Below are positions 45,954-55,885 of a stretch of 64,000 nt of DNA, piece after piece. Position numbers and translations under genes: made by a program. Where the stretch lies: assembly GCA_023245335.1 (NCBI GenBank), contig JAHFKK010000001.1, forward strand, positions 491,282-555,281. The letters are read 5' to 3'. The notes under the pieces were generated by a model. That model was given only the letters and a program-made list of their open reading frames with translations. It searched no databases and had not been told where the DNA came from. The stretch is from Candidatus Gottesmanbacteria bacterium (lineage in GTDB: Bacteria > Patescibacteriota > Microgenomatia > UBA10105 > UBA927). The stretch's first letter is position 1, and every line of letters begins with the position of its first letter.

Positions 45954-46885
45954 AACATAGACTCGTGAGCTTTGTCATCCCGTTATATAACGAACGCCCC
46001 AGTCTTAAGGAATTGGTTGCTGCCATAGGGAAATCTTCCGTGACCAGGGAATGGGCCATAGAGTATGTGTTTATCGATGATGGAAGTACAGATGGGTCAT
46101 TTGAAGAACTTAAGATGCTTAAAAAGGCTTCAAAAGTGCCTATGAAGCTCATCCGTTTCCGGAAAAACAGCGGTAAGTCTATGGCTCTTACCGAAGGGTT
46201 CCAGGGCGTAAGTGGCGATATCGTCGTTACGCTTGATGCAGACCTGCAAGACGATCCGTTTGAGGTTCACAAACTCATCGATAAACTCGACGAGGGATAC
46301 GATCTTGTCGTCGGATGGCGGAATAATCGCCAGGATCATCAAAACAAGCTCCGGTTGTCGCATATTTTTAACGGAGTAGTGGCGAGGCTTGCGCACGTAC
46401 CGCTTCATGACATGAACTGCGGCATGAAAGTTATGCGGAGAACAGTTGCCGAAGAGATAGATGTGTACGGCGAGTTGCATCGCTTCATACCGGTTCTAGC
46501 TGCGGCGCAGGGGTTCAAAGTGACTGAGGTACCCATTATCCATCACCCGCGAAAGTACGGCGTGTCGAAATTCGGAGGAGAGCGGATTTTGCGTGCTCCG
46601 TTTGACCTTACGACCACACTGTTTCTGACATTATTCCGTACGCGTCCGCTTCAGATTTTCGGGCCGATCGGGATAGGGCTTATCGGAGTGGGGATTATTT
46701 TTCTTTTGTACCTTTCTGTTCTTCACTTCATTGGTCAGACAATCGGGGATCGGCCGTTACTCCTCTTAAGTATTTTATTGGTGCTTTCCGGCGTTCAGTT
46801 GTTTTCTACCGGTCTTGTGGGGGAGTTGGTGACGAAGATGAATATCCGGAAAGAAAAGCGGCCCGTCGAAGAAGTCATTGGCTGA
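45950..46885 (+). CDS. GT2 polyprenol-phosphate glycosyltransferase (ArnC/GtrB-like)
   Basis: P.YNE, DDGSTD, DADLQDDP, GELHRFIP, two C-terminal TM. Confidence 0.92.
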   Translation: MKHRLVSFVIPLYNERPSLKELVAAIGKSSVTREWAIEYVFIDDGSTDGSFEELKMLKKASKVPMKLIRFRKNSGKSMALTEGFQGVSGDIVVTLDADLQDDPFEVHKLIDKLDEGYDLVVGWRNNRQDHQNKLRLSHIFNGVVARLAHVPLHDMNCGMKVMRRTVAEEIDVYGELHRFIPVLAAAQGFKVTEVPIIHHPRKYGVSKFGGERILRAPFDLTTTLFLTLFRTRPLQIFGPIGIGLIGVGIIFLLYLSVLHFIGQTIGDRPLLLLSILLVLSGVQLFSTGLVGELVTKMNIRKEKRPVEEVIG

Positions 46886-46910
46886 CGGAGCCTCATTTTG
46901 TTCACCTATT

Positions 46911-46943
46911 TTTCAGGTGATTTTCAGGTTAGTATCCGATACT
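46911..46943 (+). promoter_or_regulatory. Direct-repeat box TTTCAG-N5-TTTCAG plus -10-like GATACT
   Basis: tttcag gtgat tttcag, then 10 nt, then GATACT; a third degenerate unit GTTCAC one helical turn upstream. Confidence 0.7.
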
Positions 46944-46955
46944 AGGTAGAGTATT

Positions 46956-47486
46956 ATGAAAAAGTTTTTCCTGTCCGTATCGGTTGTCGCAGCCTTTGTT
47001 CTCTATTCGTTTATCCGGCAGAATACCGTACCGGCCACGGCCCCGACGAGTCCAATCACAGATGCGGCCCCGACCCCCGAACCGACTTCGCCGCCCATAC
47101 CGTCTCCGACGCAGGGATCAAAAACGACATTACCGGTATTTCCTAACGCGACGGCAATGCCTACCGCTCCGCCGCCCACGCCGACTACGGCTGTGAAGCG
47201 CGGGCAATACCGGGACGGCAGCTATATAGGGGATACGTTTGATGCGTTTTACGGCAACATTCAGGTGCAAGCGGTCGTGAGCGGAGGCAGGCTTACCGAC
47301 GTCAAGATACTTCAGTACCCTAATGACCGCAGGACCTCCGTCGCTATAAACAGCCAGGCGCTCCCCATGCTGCAACAGGAAGCAATACAGGCGCAAAGCG
47401 CAAACGTGGATATTATTTCCGGAGCGTCAGATACGAGTAGTGCGTTCGTTCAGTCACTGGGAACGGCACTTAAAAAAGCAGTATGA
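46956..47486 (+). CDS. Membrane-anchored FMN-binding (flavinylated) protein
   Basis: Signal/TM, Pro/Thr linker, Y.DG.Y.G, flavinylation motif DIISGASDTS. Confidence 0.9.
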   Translation: MKKFFLSVSVVAAFVLYSFIRQNTVPATAPTSPITDAAPTPEPTSPPIPSPTQGSKTTLPVFPNATAMPTAPPPTPTTAVKRGQYRDGSYIGDTFDAFYGNIQVQAVVSGGRLTDVKILQYPNDRRTSVAINSQALPMLQQEAIQAQSANVDIISGASDTSSAFVQSLGTALKKAV

Positions 47487-48226
47487 AACAAACGCGCGTG
47501 ATGTGGGACATGCCGATAACGGTGGAATTGAGGGATGCCGAAAATTCGGAAGGACTTATCGATGCAGTATATTCCTACTTTCAGCATGTAGATGATACGT
47601 TCAGTACGTTCAAACCTACCAGTGAAATCTCCCGGATCAACAGAAAAGAGCTCGTAGAACATGAATGGAGTGCTGACATGCGCGAAGTGGTTGCCCTCTG
47701 TGAACAAACACGGATAGACACCCGTGGATTTTTTTCCTACATACGTGACGGAGAAATTCACCCGTTGGGACTGGTGAAAGGCTGGGCTCTCCACAAAGCG
47801 GCTGACATGTTACGAGGTAAGGGCGTGAAGAATTTTTTCATAGAGGCCGGCGGGGATGTAGAAATAAGCGGCGTAAGTGCGCCGAATGTCCCATGGAGTG
47901 TCGGCATCCGGGATCCTTTTTACCGGAAAGACATCGTCAAAAAATTATTACTCACCGATTGCGGTGTCGCGACGTCCGGCACGTACATCCGGGGATATCA
48001 CATCTATAATCCCTTTGCGCCCGATACGAATGTCGCCGGTGTGACGAGTCTTACCGTAGTGGGACCGAATGCATATGAGGCAGACCGGTTCGTGACTCCG
48101 GCATTCGCCATGGGCATAAAAGGCGTAGAATTTATAGAGACGGTTGGAGGTCTTGAGGGGTACCAGATTGATGCGCGCGGTATGGCTACGTTTACGAGCG
48201 GTTTTGAACGATATGTCGATCATTAG
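47483..48226 (+). CDS. apbE: FAD:protein FMN transferase ApbE
   Basis: SEISRIN, VKGWA, AGGD, VATSG, AD motifs. Confidence 0.9.
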   Translation: MKQTRVMWDMPITVELRDAENSEGLIDAVYSYFQHVDDTFSTFKPTSEISRINRKELVEHEWSADMREVVALCEQTRIDTRGFFSYIRDGEIHPLGLVKGWALHKAADMLRGKGVKNFFIEAGGDVEISGVSAPNVPWSVGIRDPFYRKDIVKKLLLTDCGVATSGTYIRGYHIYNPFAPDTNVAGVTSLTVVGPNAYEADRFVTPAFAMGIKGVEFIETVGGLEGYQIDARGMATFTSGFERYVDH

Positions 48227-49751
48227 GAATCTGTTGGGCTTTGTTGATTCGATACTCGACCGTATCACCATGTATCGGGTGATACTGTATTACCTTATCG
48301 CGATTCTCCTGATCGCGATGGGGTTATCGGCGTTCGGTTTGCTTTCGTATGACCCGGTGAGTATCGGCCTAACCGCGCTGTTTTTTGTCTTCGTCAGCGA
48401 ATGGACGAACGATGTGTTTTCCAAGGTGTTTGCTGTTCCGGTCAATGTCGAGTCCACGACGATTACGGCTCTTATTTTGGCCTGCATCGTGTCGCCGGTT
48501 AAACAGGCGTCGGACTTTATCTCGATCGCCATTATCTCGGTACTTGCCGTATCGTCAAAATATATTCTCGCCATCAACAAAAAGCATTTATTTAATCCGG
48601 CCGCACTCGCTGTCGTTCTCTCCGGTTCGTTTTTTCGAGTTCCGGCGACATGGTGGGTTGGGAACCCGGCACTCGCGTGGTTCGTCGGACTAGGCGGACT
48701 TCTCGTCATGCGGAAGATACGCCGCGAACCGATGATATGGACGTTTTTCGGAACAGTACTTCTGGTGTCTACGATGACGGCTATTTTGAAAGGATCACCC
48801 CTTGTCACGCTCTACTCGCGGCTGTTTCTTCATTCATCGCTGTTATTTTTGGCATTCGCGATGCTTACAGAACCGATGACAAGTCCGCCGGTCAAGGATA
48901 TGCAGATTGTATTTGCGGCAATCGTGGGATTTTTGTTTGTGCCGGACATCCACATCGGTTCAGTATATTCCACTCCCGAGTTGGCATTAGTTGCAGGAAA
49001 TGTATTTTCCTATGTTGTGAGTCCCAAAGAGCGTCTGGTCCTGTATCTTAAAGAAAAAATTCTGCACTCCTCTGACGTCATTGATTTTGTTTTCACCCTT
49101 CCTCAGGGGATCAACCATACGCCGGGACAGTATATGGAATGGACCCTTCCGCACAAAGATCCTGACAGCAGAGGCAACCGCAGATACTTTACCTTGGCCT
49201 CGTCTCCGACGGAGTCGGAATTGCGGTTAGGCGTAAAGTTTTATGAACACTCAAGCAGTTTTAAGAAAGCGCTTTTAGCCCTTGGATCGGGGACACCTAT
49301 AGCCGCCTCACAGCGGGCGGGAGATTTTGTATTACCCAAAGACACCGCGCAAAAGCTTGTCTTCATAGCCGGAGGCATTGGCGTGACTCCATATCGGAGC
49401 ATAATCAAATATTTGGTGGATAAGGGAGAGCGGCGTGACATTGTCCTGATGTATGCCAATAAGATCAAAAATGATATCGTGTACGCGGATATATTTGAAA
49501 AGGCCCGTGTGCTTTTGGGTATGCGCACGATCTATACGTTGACTGATACTGCGGCTATCCCCGCCGATTGGGGCGGAAAACGGGGTCGTATTGATAGTGC
49601 CATGATCGCTTCGGAAATTCCGGATTTTCGCGACAGACATTTTTACCTTTCCGGCCCGTATGCTATGGTAACTTCGTATGAACGGGTGCTTTTGGGTATG
49701 GGAGTTCCGGATGCTCAGATCAAGAAAGATTTCTTCCCAGGTTTTGTCTGA
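48213..49751 (+). CDS. RnfD/NqrB-like membrane domain fused to an FNR-type FAD/NAD(P)-binding domain
   Basis: SKY...KHLFNPAA, M.TEP.TSP; PGQY, RYFTLASSP, IAGGIGVTP, YLSGP. Confidence 0.88.
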   Translation: MSIIRNLLGFVDSILDRITMYRVILYYLIAILLIAMGLSAFGLLSYDPVSIGLTALFFVFVSEWTNDVFSKVFAVPVNVESTTITALILACIVSPVKQASDFISIAIISVLAVSSKYILAINKKHLFNPAALAVVLSGSFFRVPATWWVGNPALAWFVGLGGLLVMRKIRREPMIWTFFGTVLLVSTMTAILKGSPLVTLYSRLFLHSSLLFLAFAMLTEPMTSPPVKDMQIVFAAIVGFLFVPDIHIGSVYSTPELALVAGNVFSYVVSPKERLVLYLKEKILHSSDVIDFVFTLPQGINHTPGQYMEWTLPHKDPDSRGNRRYFTLASSPTESELRLGVKFYEHSSSFKKALLALGSGTPIAASQRAGDFVLPKDTAQKLVFIAGGIGVTPYRSIIKYLVDKGERRDIVLMYANKIKNDIVYADIFEKARVLLGMRTIYTLTDTAAIPADWGGKRGRIDSAMIASEIPDFRDRHFYLSGPYAMVTSYERVLLGMGVPDAQIKKDFFPGFV

Positions 49752-49833
49752 TTCTCATTGTGCTTTGTATTACACATCAAACAGAACGATCTCACTATAA
49801 TAAAAGGTGATTGAATACATAAAGGAGGCTCAT

Positions 49834-50211
49834 ATGCAGGGATATGTTACCAATATAGAAGAAAAGACGGCAGGGAACGAATATTTCCGGCAGGTGCTTT
49901 ATACTGCTCCCCATAGTCAGTTGGTCGTGATGGCGCTGCAGCCTGGGGAGGATATCGGGATGGAAGTCCACCCCGAGCACGATCAGTTCATACGCGTGGA
50001 GACAGGGAATGGGAAAGCTATACTAAACGGGGAAGAGTCAGTGCTTTCGGAAGGCTCTGCCGTCGTGATACCGGCAGGAACCGAGCATAACATAATAAAT
50101 TCCGGAACTACGGTCATGAAGTTGTATACCGTGTATACCCCGCCGGAACATGAGGACGGGACGGTGCACAAAACAAAGGCTGAAGCGCTCGCCGCCCATC
50201 ATGAAGGCTGA
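49834..50211 (+). CDS. Cupin domain protein
   Basis: AAGGAGG RBS; IG.EVH...DQF, IPAGTEHN. Confidence 0.9.
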   Translation: MQGYVTNIEEKTAGNEYFRQVLYTAPHSQLVVMALQPGEDIGMEVHPEHDQFIRVETGNGKAILNGEESVLSEGSAVVIPAGTEHNIINSGTTVMKLYTVYTPPEHEDGTVHKTKAEALAAHHEG

Positions 50212-50978
50212 TCAGGCTTGAGCTTCATCGCTTTTATAGCAAGAAACAGCGGAATTTCTTTCCGGGTTCTGTTTTCCATTTTGCCGGTACTGCCCTTGCT
50301 GTGTTTATCGGATGCCCATTCTTCGAGTGTATCTATGACAAAGCCGTTTGTCTTGAGCATGGATGTGTAGTCTCCTAACGGGTGATGATAACTCCAGGTG
50401 ACGGTAGAATTGCTTTTTCCGGGGTGCATCGTGATGGGAATCTCAAGCGATGAAAGATATCGGTTGATGCGGCGATACTGCAATTTGTTCGTTTCATCGA
50501 TTCCCCACGATGATTGGCGCGGAATCCGGAAGCACGGATGGTTCAGGATGATGACGAGGATTCCGTTTTTGGTCAGGTGCTGGGCAGTATTTCTGATGAC
50601 ATCAAAGGGGTCTTTCATGTTCTGGAGTGACAGGATGAGTGCGGCATGAGTGAAATCCGTCCCGATTGCCAGCGGTTTTGCGACATCGGCACATACATAC
50701 GTGTGGAGAGATGAATGATCCTGATCTTTAGCTGCGGTTATAAGGCTGGGGGAGACATCTATTCCCGTATATCGGATGTCTTTTGCGATCGCACGTCCTA
50801 ATACACCGCTTCCGCATCCCAAATCCAGGATGGAAGAGGTTTTATCAAGAGCCAGAAGTTTTTGCGCGCCTGGGATGACCACGTGTTCGTGGAAATAGTT
50901 GCCCGCACCTGCGGTCGATTCTTTATACCATCTGCTGTCGTGCTCCCATGAGGTTTTGGCGTGTGGACGTCGGTACAT
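50199..50978 (-). CDS. Class I SAM-dependent methyltransferase
   Basis: ILDLGCGSG, GID.S, NHPCF. Confidence 0.88.
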   Translation of the reverse strand: MYRRPHAKTSWEHDSRWYKESTAGAGNYFHEHVVIPGAQKLLALDKTSSILDLGCGSGVLGRAIAKDIRYTGIDVSPSLITAAKDQDHSSLHTYVCADVAKPLAIGTDFTHAALILSLQNMKDPFDVIRNTAQHLTKNGILVIILNHPCFRIPRQSSWGIDETNKLQYRRINRYLSSLEIPITMHPGKSNSTVTWSYHHPLGDYTSMLKTNGFVIDTLEEWASDKHSKGSTGKMENRTRKEIPLFLAIKAMKLKPDQPS

Positions 50979-51010
50979 TGAAGCTATTGTATCAGATTTA
51001 CCGTAAGCTA

Positions 51011-51037
51011 TCCCCGTCCCGACGATCGGGACGGGGA
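51011..51037. terminator. 12-bp perfect hairpin downstream of the MacAB-like operon
   Basis: tccccgtcccga / tcgggacgggga. Confidence 0.6.
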
Positions 51038-51059
51038 ATAGAAAGGTAAAAAGGTTGCG

Positions 51060-51497
51060 TTACGGTGTTGGACTTTGTGTCGGAGTCGGTCCCCCGCGGT
51101 CCATGCGTGGATTCAACTGTACGGATTGTGCAGTCACGGATCCGTCTGAATTGGTTGTACCAAAAACGGAAACCGGTGCGCCTGCTTTCAGGTCGGAAAC
51201 GGTCGCTGCCGTGGCCTGATCAATTTGTGTTTTACTCGTAAGAAGGGCGATTTTCGTACTGCCGTCTGATAATTTGACGGTAACAGACTGCGCGTCTGCC
51301 GATACGATCTGACCGGCAATCGGTCGGAAGCCCTGACGGCCGGCGCCTCCCTGGCCCCGGGCTCCGCCCTGGGCGTTACCCAATCCGAATTGTCGTTGCG
51401 GTGATTGTGATTGCTGGTATTTCATACCGCCGAAAAATCCGGCTCCGCCTACGACAACCGCAACCACGAGAAGCAAACCTATATTATTTTGTTTCAT
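51060..51497 (-). CDS. Membrane-anchored hypothetical protein (DUF5666-like small beta domain)
   Basis: GGAGG RBS; TM, GFFGGMKY, Gly-rich linker, DLK.G..V.V.G....DGSVTA. Confidence 0.8.
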   Translation of the reverse strand: MKQNNIGLLLVVAVVVGGAGFFGGMKYQQSQSPQRQFGLGNAQGGARGQGGAGRQGFRPIAGQIVSADAQSVTVKLSDGSTKIALLTSKTQIDQATAATVSDLKAGAPVSVFGTTNSDGSVTAQSVQLNPRMDRGGPTPTQSPTP

Positions 51498-52554
51498 TAT
51501 TTTTTTCACCTCCCTTCAAATACATATCAAAAAAATCTACGGAACGCTGTAATGCAAGCGAAAGATGCCCGGATATATTGTGATCGTCACCGGGATACGT
51601 AAACAGCTCGACGCTTTTTCCTGCGGCTTTGAGTTCACTCTCGAGCGTTTCGGAAAAGACGACCGGCACTTCTTCGTCGGTGATACTGTGATCAAGCTGT
51701 ATGGGAGCCGTGATGTCGGCAAGGTGCCCGTTTGCGGAAATAGAATTCCAGAAGACAGGATTTTTGTCCGGACTCCCATATCGGGCAACCAGCGCGTTTC
51801 GCCATCCGGGAGGATTCCCGCTGCCTCCGGTCCTGAACTCGGGTCTCGGTGTGGTTTGAGGATGCCATTTGGTAAAAAGGTCGGCGTATGATGCGACGAC
51901 ACCTCCCCATATGACTGCCGCTTTGATGTCGTGGGACACAACAAGCGCGCGGAGCGTGATAAACCCTCCCATGGAGTGTCCCCACATGCCGATCTTACTT
52001 GGGTTGGCAGTACTATATTTTTTAATAGAGGCAACGGCGTTTAAGACGTCGATCGTATAGGCATTGGATCCGTATGCTCCGACGGCTTGTCCTTCGGAGT
52101 TGCCGTTTCCGCGGTAGTCGGGACGAAAGACGATATAGCCGTTCCGCGAAAATGCGTCGGTATAGGCGATATATCGCTCCGTGGGGCTATAGGTTTTGGG
52201 AGGTATATACCCGTGATTAAAGACGATGACAGGCCATCCGTTCGTCGGAGCAGTTCCATCCGGGACGGTGAGGAGCGCATAAATTTTCAACCCCTCGGAT
52301 TTATACGAGGCAAGGTACCGCTGATAATTTGATCCCGGTGCGAGCGTTTGTTCTATAGTGATGCTACTTCCGGGAAACGACGTTTGTTTCAGTGCGTCTA
52401 TCGAAAGCGGATTGTTTGCGTTGGGTGCGGGTGTCGTATTCGCATTTAGAATATTCTGGGTGTCGCGAAATTTCGGAACCTTGGAATATAGAAGTCCCGC
52501 GATGATGCCAAGTACCAGGATGGACCCGAGGACGATCACATGTGACTTATTCAT
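51484..52554 (-). CDS. Membrane-anchored alpha/beta hydrolase (S9 peptidase-like)
   Basis: HGY, DYRG.G.S, GHSMGG, D..VP, H catalytic motifs. Confidence 0.88.
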   Translation of the reverse strand: MNKSHVIVLGSILVLGIIAGLLYSKVPKFRDTQNILNANTTPAPNANNPLSIDALKQTSFPGSSITIEQTLAPGSNYQRYLASYKSEGLKIYALLTVPDGTAPTNGWPVIVFNHGYIPPKTYSPTERYIAYTDAFSRNGYIVFRPDYRGNGNSEGQAVGAYGSNAYTIDVLNAVASIKKYSTANPSKIGMWGHSMGGFITLRALVVSHDIKAAVIWGGVVASYADLFTKWHPQTTPRPEFRTGGSGNPPGWRNALVARYGSPDKNPVFWNSISANGHLADITAPIQLDHSITDEEVPVVFSETLESELKAAGKSVELFTYPGDDHNISGHLSLALQRSVDFFDMYLKGGEKNNETK

Positions 52555-53770
52555 ACCGCAATGCTTCGATCGGCTGTAAATCAGACGCTTTTTTGGCAGG
52601 ATACCATCCGAAGAGGATGCCTATGCCCGCTGATACGGCGAATGCAAGAAGTATCGAGGTCGGAGAAATGATAAAGAGAGAACCGGTAACGCGCGAGATG
52701 ATGAAGGATGTCAATATTCCGACGACAATGCCTATGGCGCCTCCCGTGAACGTCAGCATGATGGACTCGGCCAAAAACTGTGTCGTAATGGTTTTCTTTT
52801 TGGCGCCTAAGGCTTTACGAAGTCCGATCTCGCGTGTCCGTTCGGTGACGGTCACGAGCATAATGTTCATAATGCCGATGCCTCCTACCAGAAGCGATAT
52901 TGCGGCAATCCCGGATAATAGCGACGTAAATATCCCGGTCGTTGCCGTAGCGGTATTTAATATATCCTGCTGGGAAAAAATACGGAAATCCGCTTGCGTG
53001 GGATCATTGAATTTGTGCCGCAGGAGAAGGAGATATCCTACTTCGTTTTCCGCTTGCGTCATGACGTCGGCGCTTTTGGCTTCCAGTGCGATGCTATTGA
53101 GGTAGTCCACACCCATGAGTTGTTTTTGCGCGGTTGGGAGGGGGACGATTATGATGTCATCCTGGTTTTGGAATCCCGATCCGCCTTTAGATTTGGTAAT
53201 ACCGATAACCGTAAATGTCTGGCCGCTTATGCGGAGTTTCTGCCCTATGGGAGTTGTCCCGTCACCAAAGAGATCGCTTACGACCTGTGGTCCGATGACG
53301 GCCACCTTGGTCACGCCGTCGATATCCCGCTGCGTGATAAAGTTGCCGTTTGCTATCACGACTTTATGGACGTCCGCATACACGGGGGTTGCGCCGATGA
53401 CTTGTGTATTCGTATTATTGGCGCCGGTCGTTACCTGTATGCGGCGCTGTACTTCCGGAGAGACGGTTTTGACGGTGGTGATCTGCGTGGACGTCTGTAT
53501 GGCCTTTGCGTCATCCAGAGTAAGTGATGTTCCGCCGCCTATGGCCCCGCGTACCGCACCATTTTGTTGGGCAGAGGGGGACACTGTGAGAAGGTTAGCC
53601 CCGAGTGATTGAATCTGATCCTGTATGGATTGCTGTGTGGCCTGTCCCAAAGAGACAAGTGCGATGACGCTGCCGATACCGATGACGATGCCAAGGACAG
53701 CAAGTCCCGTCCGCAACTTGTTTATGGTAAGCGTATTTATGCTTTCGAGTAAGAGTTCAATCGGTTCCAT
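52547..53770 (-). CDS. MacB/YknZ-like ABC permease
   Basis: GIVIGIGSVI, GGIGIMNIMLVTVTERTREIG, P.EALRYE. Confidence 0.93.
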   Translation of the reverse strand: MEPIELLLESINTLTINKLRTGLAVLGIVIGIGSVIALVSLGQATQQSIQDQIQSLGANLLTVSPSAQQNGAVRGAIGGGTSLTLDDAKAIQTSTQITTVKTVSPEVQRRIQVTTGANNTNTQVIGATPVYADVHKVVIANGNFITQRDIDGVTKVAVIGPQVVSDLFGDGTTPIGQKLRISGQTFTVIGITKSKGGSGFQNQDDIIIVPLPTAQKQLMGVDYLNSIALEAKSADVMTQAENEVGYLLLLRHKFNDPTQADFRIFSQQDILNTATATTGIFTSLLSGIAAISLLVGGIGIMNIMLVTVTERTREIGLRKALGAKKKTITTQFLAESIMLTFTGGAIGIVVGILTSFIISRVTGSLFIISPTSILLAFAVSAGIGILFGWYPAKKASDLQPIEALRYE

Positions 53771-54488
53771 GGTGTAGCGTTGCCTTCCGCTGTTTGTGTC
53801 CGTCACCATCCTCAACGATGTTGCCGTCCCGGACATGAATGATACGTTTGGCATGTTCCGCTATATCCGGTTCGTGTGTAATCATGACGATGGTATGCCC
53901 CTGGTCATTGAGCCTTTGGAATATAGCCATGACCTCTTCTGCCTGAACGCTTGCTATGTTGCCGGTTGGTTCATCGGCAAGGATAAGCGCGGGGTTTAGA
54001 ACAAGAGCCCTGGCTATCGCGACGCGCTGCTGTTGCCCGCCGGATATTTGGTTGGATGTATGGTAAATCCGGTTGCCTAGTCCAACCATCTCGAGAAACT
54101 TTTTGGCCGTAGCTTCCCGTTCGGCTTTCGGAATCCCTGCGTACATCATGGGTAGCGTCACATTTTTGAGCGCAGTAGTTCTCGGAAGGAGATTGAATGC
54201 CTGAAAGACAAAGCCAATTTTACGGTTCCGTATGTCGGCAAGCTCGTCATCAGTGAGGTTTTCTACGTTTTCTCCGTCGAGGACATACGTACCGCTCGTC
54301 GGTAAGTCCAACGCGCCCAAAATGTGCATGAGCGTTGATTTGCCGCTTCCCGAGGGGCCCATGATAGCGACGAACTCGCCTTTATCAATGGTAAATGACA
54401 CGTCGTCAAGCGCGACCGTCTCGATCGCGTCTGTTTTATACACCTTTCTAAGGTGAGACACCTGGATAATGGACTTGGGGCCTGACAT
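53757..54488 (-). CDS. ABC transporter ATP-binding protein (MacB/YknY-like)
   Basis: [23 protein letters not shown]. Confidence 0.95.
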   Translation of the reverse strand: MSGPKSIIQVSHLRKVYKTDAIETVALDDVSFTIDKGEFVAIMGPSGSGKSTLMHILGALDLPTSGTYVLDGENVENLTDDELADIRNRKIGFVFQAFNLLPRTTALKNVTLPMMYAGIPKAEREATAKKFLEMVGLGNRIYHTSNQISGGQQQRVAIARALVLNPALILADEPTGNIASVQAEEVMAIFQRLNDQGHTIVMITHEPDIAEHAKRIIHVRDGNIVEDGDGHKQRKATLHHGTD

Positions 54489-54493
54489 AGAGT

Positions 54494-55831
54494 TTAGTTT
54501 CCCCGTATGACACGGGTCGTGCCGCCGCCGCCTCCGCCGAAGCCGCGGTTACCGCCGCCAAGCGCGCTGAATGGGGACGTGACACTTGAGCTTGTCGTCG
54601 ATGTCGTCGGAGCAGTCGAACCCGTTACGACCGTATCGCCTTCGGCAATACCGGAAACGATTTCGGTTTGTGTATCATTGGATAGCCCCACCGTGACGTC
54701 AACTGACGTCGCAGTGCCGTTTTTGAGGGTTCGTACTGTCGATTGTCCGCCGGTTGTCTGTACGGCCGCGTTGGGAACCAAAACGACACTATCTTTGACT
54801 GCAGTAATTATGTTGGCATCAACCGCCATGTTGGGGTAAATGCCGTCTACTGCAGAATCATACGTGATATATGCAGGATATGTGGTCACCCCGGAAGACA
54901 CGGTACCAGTCGTGTCTATGCTGACGACTTTGCCGGTAAATGACTGGTTCGGGAATGCATCCATCGTTATCGTTGCCTTATCTCCGATTTTTACTTTGGG
55001 GACGTCAACCTCATTCAGGTTGACGACAGCCGTCGGAGTCGCGGTTGTTTTGATGTTCCCGATCCTTTGAGCTGTGGAGTTGCCGGTTGAACTTGTTTGT
55101 GCTGTGAGTACGGATCCGGCCTGCAGCGATATGCCGCTTATAGTACCGGAAATCGGCGCGTAGATAGTAGGTGACGATTGTTGGTATGACGCCCAAGCGC
55201 TGTTGACGGATGTTTGAGCCGCCGCAACGACGTTTTGTTGGTTGGCGTACTGTGCTTCAGCCGCGAGCCAATCATCCTGGACCGTCGTAAATTGTGTCAG
55301 GACGCGGTTGGTAGTATTCGGACTGCTGTCCGAGTTTTGATACGTGGAATTTTCTGCGAGGTCGGTGTAGGTTTTCCATTTCGAAAACATAGCTGACTGC
55401 AGTGAGTACATACCCGCTTGGGCGCTCGCGAGTTGGTTTTTGGCGCTTTGATATGAGGCGAACGCCTGAGCAGACCGTTGGTTGCCTTCCATATCCAGGT
55501 CAACAAGCGCTATGGGGTCACCCGATTTGACGGCGTCACCGTTTTTGACGTAGATTTTGGAAACGACTCCTGACGTCTGTGTTGAAACTGACGCGCTATT
55601 GGCGCTTGATACCTGGCCGGATGTCGCAAGTGTCACGACGAGTGTGTCGCGGACTGCCTTTTCTGACTGATACTGTGTTTTGGTTCCTCCTGATCCGCTG
55701 ATCTTTGTGTATCCGAACCATGCGACGGCGAAAATAAGAACCAGCGATCCAAGCTTCAGAAGAAGCGGTAAGGCAAGGAACCTTTGTACAATGGATTTTC
55801 TTTCTGGTGTCGCGGTTTCGGATGATTTCAT
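54494..55831 (-). CDS. MacA/YknX-like membrane-fusion adaptor
   Basis: TM, VKNGDAVKSGD, APISG, VPNAAV, G..EGD.VV; Gly-rich tail. Confidence 0.88.
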   Translation of the reverse strand: MKSSETATPERKSIVQRFLALPLLLKLGSLVLIFAVAWFGYTKISGSGGTKTQYQSEKAVRDTLVVTLATSGQVSSANSASVSTQTSGVVSKIYVKNGDAVKSGDPIALVDLDMEGNQRSAQAFASYQSAKNQLASAQAGMYSLQSAMFSKWKTYTDLAENSTYQNSDSSPNTTNRVLTQFTTVQDDWLAAEAQYANQQNVVAAAQTSVNSAWASYQQSSPTIYAPISGTISGISLQAGSVLTAQTSSTGNSTAQRIGNIKTTATPTAVVNLNEVDVPKVKIGDKATITMDAFPNQSFTGKVVSIDTTGTVSSGVTTYPAYITYDSAVDGIYPNMAVDANIITAVKDSVVLVPNAAVQTTGGQSTVRTLKNGTATSVDVTVGLSNDTQTEIVSGIAEGDTVVTGSTAPTTSTTSSSVTSPFSALGGGNRGFGGGGGGTTRVIRGN

Positions 55832-55847
55832 AGTGACAATTAATTTT

Positions 55848-55880
55848 ACTATAGTATCTTGAGCTGAAAGCAAGCTGAAA
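55848..55880 (-). promoter_or_regulatory. Direct-repeat box TTTCAG-N5-TTTCAG plus -10 TATAGT
   Basis: Minus strand tttcag cttgc tttcag, then 10 nt, then TATAGT. Confidence 0.72.
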
Positions 55881-55885
55881 TATAA

